DNA of 64,000 bases from the IMG/VR virus record IMGVR_UViG_3300025011_000026; one strand, written 5' to 3'. This document shows, piece after piece, positions 27,263 to 35,973 of this stretch. The translations under genes and the position numbers were made by a program. Position 1 is the stretch's first letter. Each line of letters opens with the position of its first letter. The notes beneath the pieces were generated by a model. The model worked only from the letters and a program-made list of their open reading frames with translations, made no database searches and was not told the DNA's origin. This DNA is from a virus (taxonomy: Duplodnaviria; Heunggongvirae; Uroviricota; Caudoviricetes).

Positions 27263-27862
27263 ATGAATAAAGAGCAACTTAAGGCTAAATATGGTGATGT
27301 AGAAGTATTTGTAGTAAGTAACGAATTAACAAAGGACTTTGATACATTTATGCAATTAGACAAAAATAATAAGTATAGTGAAATTTTTAATGAACTTGGT
27401 AAATTTATTCCTAGATATGACGCAGAATTAAATTTCGAACATAGACAAATAATTCCGTATTGTTTAGTTAGATGCGGAGGAAATTATTTTATCACTCGCA
27501 GACTTGAAGGTGACTCAAGACTAACAGGTAAATATTCTTTAGGAATAGGTGGTCATTTAGAAAGATTAGATAATTCTAATAATTACATTACATCAGGAAT
27601 GTTGAGAGAATTAGATGAAGAAATTGATATACAATCAAGTATTAAATCTATTGACTTGATTGGTATGATTTGCTCCAACAATACAGAAGTGGACTCAGTT
27701 CATCTCGGTTTGGTATACGTAGTAGAAGTTGCAGGATTTTCAGTTAAAGTTAAAGAGACAGAAACACTGACTGGTGATTGGATCTCTACGGAAGCATTAT
27801 TAGAATTTGATGGAGAACTGGAATCATGGTCAAAAATTGCTGTAGATGAATTTATTAAGTAA
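27263..27862 (+). CDS. Nudix-family hydrolase (degenerate Nudix box)
   Basis: GIGGHLE ... GMLRELDEEIDI resembles G-x5-E-x7-REUxEExGU, but with altered spacing and Asp in place of the final Gly. Confidence 0.5.
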   Translation: MNKEQLKAKYGDVEVFVVSNELTKDFDTFMQLDKNNKYSEIFNELGKFIPRYDAELNFEHRQIIPYCLVRCGGNYFITRRLEGDSRLTGKYSLGIGGHLERLDNSNNYITSGMLRELDEEIDIQSSIKSIDLIGMICSNNTEVDSVHLGLVYVVEVAGFSVKVKETETLTGDWISTEALLEFDGELESWSKIAVDEFIK

Positions 27863-27873
27863 ATATTATAAAT

Positions 27874-27924
27874 AGACACTATATGTAGTATAAAATTAAT
27901 ATAAAACCACTACATATAGTGTCT
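27874..27924. repeat. perfect 16-bp inverted repeat
   Basis: AGACACTATATGTAGT, 19 nt, ACTACATATAGTGTCT. No flanking T-tract. Confidence 0.7.
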
Positions 27925-27975
27925 AAAACCACACCAAATAAACATTTCCAAGGATTATTGAAAGGAGATACAAAT

Positions 27976-28110
27976 ATGCAATTTTTATTAGAAGTCTACA
28001 TAGACGTTGACACTATAGAAGATGCAGAAGAAATAGCACATGATTTACATGAGATATTGGGCGATAATGGGATAACCAATAGTGTTAGTGTAATTGAAGA
28101 GGAGGAATAA
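27976..28110 (+). CDS. 44-aa acidic protein
   Basis: SD AAAGGAGA then ATG 27976, in frame with track ORF 27919. Confidence 0.5.
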   Translation: MQFLLEVYIDVDTIEDAEEIAHDLHEILGDNGITNSVSVIEEEE

Positions 28111-28118
28111 GTTTTAAA

Positions 28119-28316
28119 ATGAAAAGCGAATATAGAAAAAGATTAGAATACAATTCTGAAGATAATAAAGTAGAACTATCTGAAGCAAGAGATATAATGG
28201 ATGATATTGAAATGCAAGTAAATGACATTAAAGATAGACTTGAAGAATTTGCAAATCTAACTGAGATAAGTAAAATACATGAAATTTTAGAAGATTTAAG
28301 TAATAAATTATATTGA
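28119..28316 (+). CDS. hypothetical acidic helical protein
   Basis: SD GAGGAGGAA upstream. Confidence 0.55.
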   Translation: MKSEYRKRLEYNSEDNKVELSEARDIMDDIEMQVNDIKDRLEEFANLTEISKIHEILEDLSNKLY

Positions 28317-28331
28317 AAGGAGAGAATAGCA

Positions 28332-28562
28332 ATGAAAACATTAAATACACAAAAATCAGAAGAACTATGGAATGAAATTAAATCAATAGAATATCTTGTT
28401 TCTAAACTAGGTGGTTGTGTCCAAAATCCAGACTTTGTAAACGAAGAAAATGCAAGAGAAAATTATAATTATTTTATAAATGATTATTATAAAATTATGG
28501 ATAAATTAGTTGAGTTAAAAAATAATATACTTATATTACATGATGAATTAATTAATTTTTAA
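28332..28562 (+). CDS. hypothetical protein
   Basis: SD AAAGGAGAG then ATG. Confidence 0.55.
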   Translation: MKTLNTQKSEELWNEIKSIEYLVSKLGGCVQNPDFVNEENARENYNYFINDYYKIMDKLVELKNNILILHDELINF

Positions 28563-28646
28563 TAAAAATATCCAATATCCATAAATATCCACCTCTACAA
28601 TCCTTATACCATAAGGATCTTAAAATCCTAAAACCCTATAAAAATT
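28546..28646 (+). repeat. G-poor tract (element copy B)
   Basis: G-free at 28546-28614 and 28617-28646. CCATAAATATCCACCTCTACAATCCTTAT is shared with copy A. Confidence 0.55.
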
Positions 28647-28689
28647 GAATTTGGTTGGATTTATTAAAAAGAAAGAAGGAACACAATTT

Positions 28690-28956
28690 ATGATGGATAT
28701 AAAATTAATCAAAGCATTAGAACCAATTGAGGAAGAATTCGAGGTAGATTTATTTACATTTGATGAAGCACTTGACTTTTATAAATCAGATATTGAAGAA
28801 TATAAAACTTTTGTAAATCAAATAATTAAAACTACTCGACAAGGAAGAAAAGATGAGGAATTAAATACTGACGAATCATGTTATATTAGAGGGTTAAAGG
28901 ATAGTTTAGAAGCAGTTGATTTAATTTTTGGAGGAAGAGTAGAAGAAGGTTTTTAA
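28690..28956 (+). CDS. hypothetical protein
   Basis: SD AGAAGGAA then ATG 28690, in frame with track ORF 28645. Confidence 0.5.
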   Translation: MMDIKLIKALEPIEEEFEVDLFTFDEALDFYKSDIEEYKTFVNQIIKTTRQGRKDEELNTDESCYIRGLKDSLEAVDLIFGGRVEEGF

Positions 28957-28976
28957 TTGAAAGGATGTTGTGAAAA

Positions 28977-29288
28977 ATGAAACAACAATGTGTTCACTTT
29001 GATGGCGGAGTTTGTTATTCAGATGGATGGGTAGACCCATATGGAGAAGGTTGCGAATTAAACCATAAGGATTCTTGTCCTCACTATAAGTCAAACAAAT
29101 TAGTTAAAGTAAAATATAAAAATTGGCAAGGCGAAATATCAATCAGAACAATCATTCCTCAAAATATATATTATGGCAACACCGAATACCACAAAGAAGA
29201 CCAATGGTTGTTAGAGGTATGGGATGTAGAAAAAGATGCTCCAAGAACTTATGCCATGCTTGATATTATTGAATTTATCAAAGAATAA
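28977..29288 (+). CDS. hypothetical Cys-rich protein
   Basis: SD AAAGGATG upstream. The N-terminal region carries several Cys and His residues. Confidence 0.55.
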   Translation: MKQQCVHFDGGVCYSDGWVDPYGEGCELNHKDSCPHYKSNKLVKVKYKNWQGEISIRTIIPQNIYYGNTEYHKEDQWLLEVWDVEKDAPRTYAMLDIIEFIKE

Positions 29289-29455
29289 ACTAAAAATTAA
29301 AGTTTACAACAAACACAAAACTAAGTGATATTACATACAATATATAAATAAAATACGCAAAAATGTAATGTCGCTTCCTAGAATCACCATGAACTAACAT
29401 AATAAAATAGACAGAAAGGAGGTGATAAGTTAAGAAAGGAGGATAAACACATAAA

Positions 29456-29611
29456 ATGGAAGAATTAAAAAATTGGCTTATTTATCAAATAAATCAACCA
29501 ACAGAAAAATATAATGAAAATACTTTATTATGGAGTAAAGGTTTTAGAAAAGCATGTATAATAATTTTAGAATTTATAAAAAATATTGAAAAACAAAATG
29601 AGGGGAAATAA
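29456..29611 (+). CDS. 51-aa hypothetical protein
   Basis: Tandem SD AGAAAGGAGG repeats, then ATG. Translation MEELKNWLIYQINQPTEKYNENTLLWSKGFRKACIIILEFIKNIEKQNEGK. Confidence 0.45.
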   Translation: MEELKNWLIYQINQPTEKYNENTLLWSKGFRKACIIILEFIKNIEKQNEGK

Positions 29612-29783
29612 TGGAAAATAAACTGTTAGAGTTGAAAGAAGAATTTGTAAATATTATTGTCTTAACAAAGTAACTGGAATTGAAGATTATGATGGATATT
29701 TATTAGACAGACAATTTGTTTGTAAAATTTGTCAAATTAATGATTATATTAAATTTATCAGAGACGAAATGGGAGGGGAATAA
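29611..29783 (+). CDS. zinc-ribbon protein split by an apparent frame change
   Basis: ATG overlaps the previous stop (TAATG) but that frame stops after 20 codons. The -1 frame encodes RICKYYCLNKVTGIEDYDGYLLDRQFVCKICQ... and has no start. One extra A in the AAA run near 29620 would join them. Confidence 0.35.
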
Positions 29784-29786
29784 TAA

Positions 29787-30011
29787 TTGAATAAACGTCA
29801 AAACAAAAAGAAGATAAAATATATTTTAAATAATATTCAAACAATAAATCTTAAAGAAAATGAGTTCTTATTATTTAGATTTGATACAAACAAATGGAAG
29901 CCGAAAGATTTGGCAGACTTTTCTCAACAGATTTCTGAAAATATAACTAGCAAGATAATTTTTATACCATCAGATCTTGAAATGAAAAAAGTAATTGAAC
30001 AAACAAAATGA
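29787..30011 (+). CDS. hypothetical basic protein
   Basis: SD GGGAGGGGAA then TTG. Confidence 0.5.
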   Translation: MNKRQNKKKIKYILNNIQTINLKENEFLLFRFDTNKWKPKDLADFSQQISENITSKIIFIPSDLEMKKVIEQTK

Positions 30012-30495
30012 TAGTTTCGTATGTTCAAAGAAAGAAGGTAATATTATAGAAAATCTATTGCAATTCCAAGAAGAATTATCTCTCAAATATAAATACAGAA
30101 AACTTAATAAAACTCTATCGGCAGAAGTTAGACAAAAATATCTGGATAATTTACCTCAACAATTAAATGTAGATGGTGATATTAATTTCAAAATACATAG
30201 TTTAGAAGGTACATTAATATCCAAAGGTTACAATCGAATCGTTATTGGTGACTATGGAGCGTTTATTGAATTTGATAAAAATCAAATTAAAGGAAAACTT
30301 AAAGTAAAAGTTGGTCAAGAATATAGAATTGATAATCCTAAGTATAGTGAGAATGTTAAATACTATTGGTTAACTCCTAAAGATAATAGCGATATGAAGA
30401 TATATTATCAAAAAAGAACTGTAAGTTATGCAGATTATAAACCAGAGATGTATTATGTTTCACCTTATGAAGTTTTATTAGAAGGTGAATTATGA
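29995..30495 (+). CDS. hypothetical protein (start uncertain)
   Basis: Long open frame. TTG 29995 has a weak SD. A better SD AAGAAGG is followed only by ATT/ATA codons. Confidence 0.5.
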   Translation: MNKQNDSFVCSKKEGNIIENLLQFQEELSLKYKYRKLNKTLSAEVRQKYLDNLPQQLNVDGDINFKIHSLEGTLISKGYNRIVIGDYGAFIEFDKNQIKGKLKVKVGQEYRIDNPKYSENVKYYWLTPKDNSDMKIYYQKRTVSYADYKPEMYYVSPYEVLLEGEL

Positions 30496-30830
30496 AAAAT
30501 ATAATCGTTTATGGTTCTACTAAAGAAAAAGCATTTAATAAATTACAAGAATTACTTGATAATATAAACCAAGAAGATATCCATAAAGTTATCAAAACAT
30601 CTCCTAATACTGGTATATTTACTATTGAATTAAAAAATGGAGATTATTACAAGGCAATTAGTGCAAATGATAATGCAAGAGGTTATAGGTGGCAATATGC
30701 CTATATCGACAGAAATATAAGTAAAGTGTCACTTGACCATGTTGTTTTTTGTAAGTTTATACCTGAGTATGGTACTGAAGATTATTATAATCATGATAGA
30801 AATTTTAAAGATTACTATGAGTGGTATTAA
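30492..30830 (+). CDS. hypothetical protein
   Basis: ATGA overlap with the upstream gene. Confidence 0.6.
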   Translation: MKNIIVYGSTKEKAFNKLQELLDNINQEDIHKVIKTSPNTGIFTIELKNGDYYKAISANDNARGYRWQYAYIDRNISKVSLDHVVFCKFIPEYGTEDYYNHDRNFKDYYEWY

Positions 30831-30855
30831 TTAATTATGAAAGGAAGTAAACAAA

Positions 30856-31221
30856 ATGATAAAATCAAAAAATAGAGGAAACGATATTGAATTTATTAAC
30901 GATGTATGGGTCTATTCTGATACACAAGAATCAGTTGCTAATAATCATACGCATAAACCTTGTGGAAATTGTGGAAGAACTTATACAACAGAAGGACACG
31001 ATGGTTGTCTAGGAACATTGCAAGGGGTGATGAATGCATGTTGCGGTCATGGAGTGTCGAAAGAAGCATATGTCCAATTTTGGGATGGTTCATGTGTTAG
31101 AGGGCAAGATGCGAAAATAATACAAGATATATTAAAAAAATATCAATTAGATATTAATGGCGAAGATTATCAAAATCATATGAAGTTGATAAAAATATTT
31201 ATGCAATCTAATAAAAGTTAA
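30856..31221 (+). CDS. hypothetical Cys/His-rich protein
   Basis: SD AAAGGAAG. CGNCG ... GHDGCLG ... ACCGHG cluster. Confidence 0.6.
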   Translation: MIKSKNRGNDIEFINDVWVYSDTQESVANNHTHKPCGNCGRTYTTEGHDGCLGTLQGVMNACCGHGVSKEAYVQFWDGSCVRGQDAKIIQDILKKYQLDINGEDYQNHMKLIKIFMQSNKS

Positions 31222-31253
31222 TAAGTAGTTTTAAATAAGGAGTGAAAAATAAA

Positions 31254-31937
31254 ATGCCAATAAGAACTGAACAAATTGACGTATCTTTTAACCTCAAACT
31301 TCAAAAAGACCTCCAAGAACATGAAGTAATTTGCTCCCACTGTGGAGGCACAGGACTCCAAATAGATAATAATCCATTTGGAATTAAAGAAGAAAATAGT
31401 AAAGTTCATTTTCCATATAAGCAACAAACAATTATAGGTTGTAGACATTGTTACAATGGAGTTCAAAGTAAATGTTTACATTGTAATAAAATATTAGATA
31501 GAGGAACATCTCAATGCAATTGTGAAAAATATATACAAGAACGTACTCAAGAGCGACATAGTAAAGATTTGGGAACATGGAATAAAGCAAAGAAAATATC
31601 ATTTGAACAAGCAAGTGAAAAATATACAATGTTTTATATTTCTGAACATGATAAGTATATCAATGTTGAAGATTTTGAAGATTGGATACATGATAAAGGT
31701 TATGAGGAAGACGAGGTTGCATCATTAAGAGTTTATGGCACAAGTGTAATTGATTTATCGATTGATGCTTCTGATGTTATTGAAAACGCTTGTAGCGACT
31801 TACACGAAGATGCTAGAGATAATATTTTGGTGCAAGATGAAGAAAAACTTCAAGTGTTATTGGACAAATGGTGTGAAGAAAATAATGCAGGAACAACGAC
31901 TTATTATGCTGATTTTAATGTCGGGATAAATATGTAA
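31254..31937 (+). CDS. hypothetical protein with DnaJ-like CxxCxGxG zinc motifs
   Basis: SD AAGGAG, 11 nt, then ATG 31254. CSHCGGTG and CRHC ... CLHC motifs. Confidence 0.6.
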   Translation: MPIRTEQIDVSFNLKLQKDLQEHEVICSHCGGTGLQIDNNPFGIKEENSKVHFPYKQQTIIGCRHCYNGVQSKCLHCNKILDRGTSQCNCEKYIQERTQERHSKDLGTWNKAKKISFEQASEKYTMFYISEHDKYINVEDFEDWIHDKGYEEDEVASLRVYGTSVIDLSIDASDVIENACSDLHEDARDNILVQDEEKLQVLLDKWCEENNAGTTTYYADFNVGINM

Positions 31938-31956
31938 AAGAAAGGATGTAAATTAA

Positions 31957-32253
31957 ATGACCACATATAAAATCACTACACAAGAAGAGCTAGATAAATT
32001 AAACACAGATTATCTCAAACATTGCCCTCAAGAATCAAATTTAAAATGGTCTGGATGTAATTATTATATAAATCAAGGTAGCAATAAGCATGAACCTCTA
32101 GGTACAGCACAATCTATGCATGACTGTGATAATTGTGAAAGACTAGACTATTGCGAAGCTAATTTTGATACTCCTACTTGGTTTTGGGATAATGAAATTG
32201 AGCAGAGATTAAAAAATATTATTAATTCTTATATAAGAAAAGATGTGAATTAA
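31957..32253 (+). CDS. hypothetical protein
   Basis: SD AAAGGATG then ATG. Confidence 0.55.
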   Translation: MTTYKITTQEELDKLNTDYLKHCPQESNLKWSGCNYYINQGSNKHEPLGTAQSMHDCDNCERLDYCEANFDTPTWFWDNEIEQRLKNIINSYIRKDVN

Positions 32254-32254
32254 A

Positions 32255-32626
32255 ATGAAATTATGGGAATATGTTCTTGCGAATGACAAAGAAGCAGATT
32301 TTATAAAATGGAAAAGTGGAAAAAATAAATCAGAAGATAAAATATTAATCTATGATTATTGTCCTATGTCTTTTGAATGTTTGACTGACACTGAGTATAA
32401 TACAGCATATAAATTAAAAAATAAAAAGGGAGATTGTAAATATCAAGAAGTTAATCATGAAGATATTCGATTAGAATATTACGACAATAAAGATCAATTT
32501 GAAAAAGCTTTTCTTAAAGAGTATAAGATTTGTAGTGAATGTTGGAATAGGGAGATAAAGGATAAAACAGATGAAGAATATGAAATGTATTTAAAACTTA
32601 AAGAAAAATTTGATCCTAGCAAATAA
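32255..32626 (+). CDS. hypothetical protein
   Basis: ATG 1 nt after the previous stop. Confidence 0.55.
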   Translation: MKLWEYVLANDKEADFIKWKSGKNKSEDKILIYDYCPMSFECLTDTEYNTAYKLKNKKGDCKYQEVNHEDIRLEYYDNKDQFEKAFLKEYKICSECWNREIKDKTDEEYEMYLKLKEKFDPSK

Positions 32627-32708
32627 TGATTTTATGTTATATTCATTAGGTATTAATGCTTTCCTATCAAGCATTTAATATAATAAATTAATAAAGGATT
32701 GGTTAAAT

Positions 32709-32963
32709 ATGAAAGCTCTAGAAGACATACTTAATATGGTAAATCGAGAAAATAGACTATCAAATTCAATTACTAACAATATTATTAAAGATATTTATCA
32801 AAATTATCATGTAATGAAAGATTTTGAAGATAAAATTACAGAACCTGCACGAGGGATTAGACAAATGCTTGAATCTACTCAACAAATATTTGAAAAACAA
32901 AACCCTCATATAGATAGAGGACTCTCTTTATTCTTATCATCAATCAATAAACGATACCTATAA
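32709..32963 (+). CDS. hypothetical protein
   Basis: SD AAAGGATTGG then ATG. Confidence 0.55.
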   Translation: MKALEDILNMVNRENRLSNSITNNIIKDIYQNYHVMKDFEDKITEPARGIRQMLESTQQIFEKQNPHIDRGLSLFLSSINKRYL

Positions 32964-33045
32964 TATAAGATTGTAACCTATTGAGATAGGCATTAGGTAC
33001 AATTAAGTATAAACTATTAGAACCTTATTGAAAGGAGATATTAAT

Positions 33046-33225
33046 ATGCAAGATAAACAAGTAACATTTACAGAGGCGTTAACCGCAAAGAAACTAGGAT
33101 TTGAAATTTATGGTGTTACAGATAAGGGGACACCTACGAATTGGAATCCAGACGGTCAGAATATGGTTTCTTGGTATGCAATAGAAAATGGCAAATGGTA
33201 TATTAAAAATAAGAATGAACAATAA
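33046..33225 (+). CDS. hypothetical protein
   Basis: SD AAAGGAGA then ATG 33046. Confidence 0.5.
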   Translation: MQDKQVTFTEALTAKKLGFEIYGVTDKGTPTNWNPDGQNMVSWYAIENGKWYIKNKNEQ

Positions 33226-33253
33226 AGAACCTATTTGAAAGGATGGTAAAATA

Positions 33254-33484
33254 ATGAATATTGAAACTGCTAAAATAGTTGAGAAATTATTATATGAATT
33301 AAAAATTGCAGAGCAACGATTAAAAGATTTACACGAAAACATAGAACATGATGATTTACATATATGTGGTAGAAATTCTATTTATTTTAATGGTAATATG
33401 GAAATAAAAAAGATTGGTAGTTTACTTGAAGATTATTATAAAGAAAAAATTGAACAAATAAATAATGAAATTTCGGCACTTTAA
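33254..33484 (+). CDS. hypothetical coiled-coil protein
   Basis: SD AAAGGATGG then ATG. Confidence 0.55.
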   Translation: MNIETAKIVEKLLYELKIAEQRLKDLHENIEHDDLHICGRNSIYFNGNMEIKKIGSLLEDYYKEKIEQINNEISAL

Positions 33485-33525
33485 ATACAATAGATGATAA
33501 ATTCTATTGGAAAGGAAGTAAAAAT

Positions 33526-33663
33526 ATGTTTAGATGGTTGGTTATTTATGGAGATGGAAGTTCTGATGAAAAATTGGCAAGTAATTTAGAAGATGCTCTA
33601 TTTCAATCTGTTAATAATTGGTTAATCCATTCTATTATTAAACTAGGAGAAGTGAAAAAATAA
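33526..33663 (+). CDS. 45-aa hypothetical protein
   Basis: SD GGAAAGGAAG then ATG. Translation MFRWLVIYGDGSSDEKLASNLEDALFQSVNNWLIHSIIKLGEVKK. Confidence 0.45.
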   Translation: MFRWLVIYGDGSSDEKLASNLEDALFQSVNNWLIHSIIKLGEVKK

Positions 33664-33709
33664 TACTGTTAAAAATAAAGTTTTTAAATTATAAAGGAGC
33701 GATAATAAT

Positions 33710-33916
33710 TTGAGCACAAACAACATTGACATTCTACTATACAATTCCAAAGACGAGGTAGTAACAGCATACACATCTAACAATCCTAATTATCAAAATG
33801 GCGAAGCAATTACCATCAAAGAAAGCAATAAAAATTATAAAGTAGTAGATATTAACAAATACAGAATCATGGGATTGAGTGAGCGTATTGCTTTAGAGTT
33901 AAAAGTAGTAAAATAA
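33710..33916 (+). CDS. hypothetical protein
   Basis: SD AAAGGAGC then TTG. Confidence 0.5.
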   Translation: MSTNNIDILLYNSKDEVVTAYTSNNPNYQNGEAITIKESNKNYKVVDINKYRIMGLSERIALELKVVK

Positions 33917-33936
33917 TTATAAAGGAGTGAATAACC

Positions 33937-34140
33937 ATGGATGAAAATACTCGCGTTACATGTACAGATTGTATCCATTGGGAACATCTTAAAAAGAATC
34001 AAGAAAAATACTTCGGTTGTCAAGTGCTTTGTAACAAATGTCCGTGTGGCGAGTGTAGTTGCTACGATCCAACCAGTACAAGGAAATTTTCTCACAGACC
34101 TAAGTTTGTAATAAAAGAAAAAGAAATGATTAATTTATGA
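33937..34140 (+). CDS. hypothetical Cys-rich protein
   Basis: SD AAAGGAGTG then ATG. Nine Cys residues, including CTDC and CPCGECSC. Confidence 0.55.
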   Translation: MDENTRVTCTDCIHWEHLKKNQEKYFGCQVLCNKCPCGECSCYDPTSTRKFSHRPKFVIKEKEMINL

Positions 34141-34301
34141 ATCAAAATTGTAATCTAATTAAATGTATTCATAATTTACATAATTCCATTTCGCTATGTC
34201 TAAATATTTCTGAGCTAGAATATGATTATTTAAATGTTTGTTGGTTGAATCAAGGAATAACACCTAATAATTTTAATTGTACAAAGTACAAAATAAAATA
34301 A
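34137..34301 (+). CDS. 54-aa Cys-containing protein
   Basis: ATGA overlap with the upstream stop. Translation MNQNCNLIKCIHNLHNSISLCLNISELEYDYLNVCWLNQGITPNNFNCTKYKIK. Confidence 0.4.
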   Translation: MNQNCNLIKCIHNLHNSISLCLNISELEYDYLNVCWLNQGITPNNFNCTKYKIK

Positions 34302-34317
34302 AAGGAGCTTGGTAAAT

Positions 34318-34506
34318 ATGATTGAAAACAATACAAAATTATCCACAACTGAGGAATTAGAAACAAAACACTACAATCGCATGAAAAGATTTCTGACTGC
34401 TGATTTTGAAGGTAGGAACTTCGAGGAATGCGATATCATTCTTAGACAAATCATAAAAGTAGCATACGATTTACTCAATGAACCAGACCTAATGAATCAG
34501 AAATGA
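34318..34506 (+). CDS. hypothetical protein
   Basis: SD AAAGGAGC then ATG 34318. Confidence 0.5.
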   Translation: MIENNTKLSTTEELETKHYNRMKRFLTADFEGRNFEECDIILRQIIKVAYDLLNEPDLMNQK

Positions 34507-34631
34507 TATGTAAGCGACAGAATGACACGTAGAATGGGTTAGAAATTTGTTGAGGTATGATTGTTCAAAAACAAATTTCTAAGGTCTTAGAATCAAAATT
34601 AAGAGTTGATTAAGAAAGGATTGATATTTAT

Positions 34632-34838
34632 ATGTTGGTAAAAATTGGAGATATTATATACGATTCTACCAAAACTCCTATTATGTTAATTCTTAATGAT
34701 AAGGAAATTGAACATATGCAAGGGATTGAAAGCAATAATTATAAATATTGTTCGTATCCTGAAGATTCTAAAGAAGAGGATATTGTTGAGTTCATGAAAG
34801 TGGATGAAGTTGATAAGATAGGTTTTTTGCAATATTAA
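34632..34838 (+). CDS. hypothetical protein
   Basis: SD AGAAAGGA then ATG. Confidence 0.55.
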   Translation: MLVKIGDIIYDSTKTPIMLILNDKEIEHMQGIESNNYKYCSYPEDSKEEDIVEFMKVDEVDKIGFLQY

Positions 34839-34839
34839 T

Positions 34840-34868
34840 TTGCATGTAAGCAAAAAATAATGTATAAT
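34840..34868 (+). promoter_or_regulatory. promoter upstream of the homing-endonuclease gene
   Basis: TTGCAT, 17 nt, TATAAT. Confidence 0.55.
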
Positions 34869-35019
34869 CAATTCAGTGGGGATAAATACATAAAGCAAAG
34901 AGGTGTTCATTCTGGAACAAAACAATCAAAATACATATAACCCAGATTCTCTTGATTCTCTAGATTCTTTAGGCATATTAGGGGGAGTCAGGGCAAAACC
35001 TGCAAGAAAGGATAAAATT

Positions 35020-35970
35020 ATGACCAAAGGTAAAATAGTGAATATTGGAGATAAATTTATAAGTAATAAAGGATATGAATACGAGGTTATAAATAAATTA
35101 AAAGGAGGAAAATATGAAGTTAGATTTAAAGATACAGGATATATAGCTAAGTCTGACAAAAAAGAAGTTTTAAATGGATGCATACGAGATTGGGAGGCTC
35201 CTTATGTCGTTGGTATAGGGATAGTTGGAAAAGAAATAGATCATCCCCAAAAGCATTATTTATATGATAGATGGAGAGATATGTTAAGACGGTGTTATGA
35301 TAATAGGTGTAATAGTTATTGTACATATGGAGCAGTAGGAGTAACAGTTGATGAAAAATGGTTTAGATTTATTAATTACGTAAATGATATCGAAACTAAG
35401 GAAAATTTTGAAAAATTAAAGATAAAAAATTGTGGTTGGGAAATAGATAAAGATTTAAAAGGGAATGGTACAAAAATATATTCTAATGCAACAACTTCAA
35501 TAATAAGAGAAGAAGAAAATATTAAAGAAAGAAATATCAGGCAAGATAATCCAGCAATAAAGCTTAAAATAAAAGTCATGCAATTTACAACAGAAGGCAA
35601 TTTTATTAAAACGCATGAGAGTATTACTGAAGCTATGAAGTTCATCGGTGTTATAAATGGTAGTGGCTCATGTATAATTGATTGTTGTAAAAGTAGAGCA
35701 AAGACAGCTTATGGGTTTGCATGGATGTATGAAAAAGATTTTATAGATTTTGAATCAGCTCGTATAAAAATAATACATAGATTAGAATATATTCCAGATA
35801 AGTATCGTAAAATAGTTTTGAAAATGGACAATGACTATAACATTATAGATGAATTTAAAGGGTTAAAAAGAGCATCTGAAAGTTTAGGTGCTACTGTTGG
35901 TGCAATAGCAAATGCCATAACAAGAGGGAACAAATGTAAAGGATTTATAGTGAGATACAAGGAGGAATAA
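35020..35970 (+). mobile_element. free-standing homing endonuclease-like gene with two NUMOD-type HTH modules
   Basis: YLYDRWRDMLRRCYD ... YGAVGVTVDEKW core, common in phage HNH/AP2-type endonucleases. Two C-terminal modules (ITEAMKFIG ... KTAYGFAWMY and LKRASESLG ... KCKGFIVRY). It has its own promoter and lies immediately 5' of the topoisomerase gene. Confidence 0.55.
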
Positions 35971-35973
35971 AAT

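Noticed and set aside
34903-35019. N-terminal extension of the endonuclease ORF (track start 34903), encoding DSLDSLDSL.
   Set aside because: GTG 34903 has no SD and lies only about 35 nt downstream of the predicted -10 box. The ATG at 35020 has an SD. The DSL repeat is better explained as a 9-bp DNA tandem repeat in the leader.
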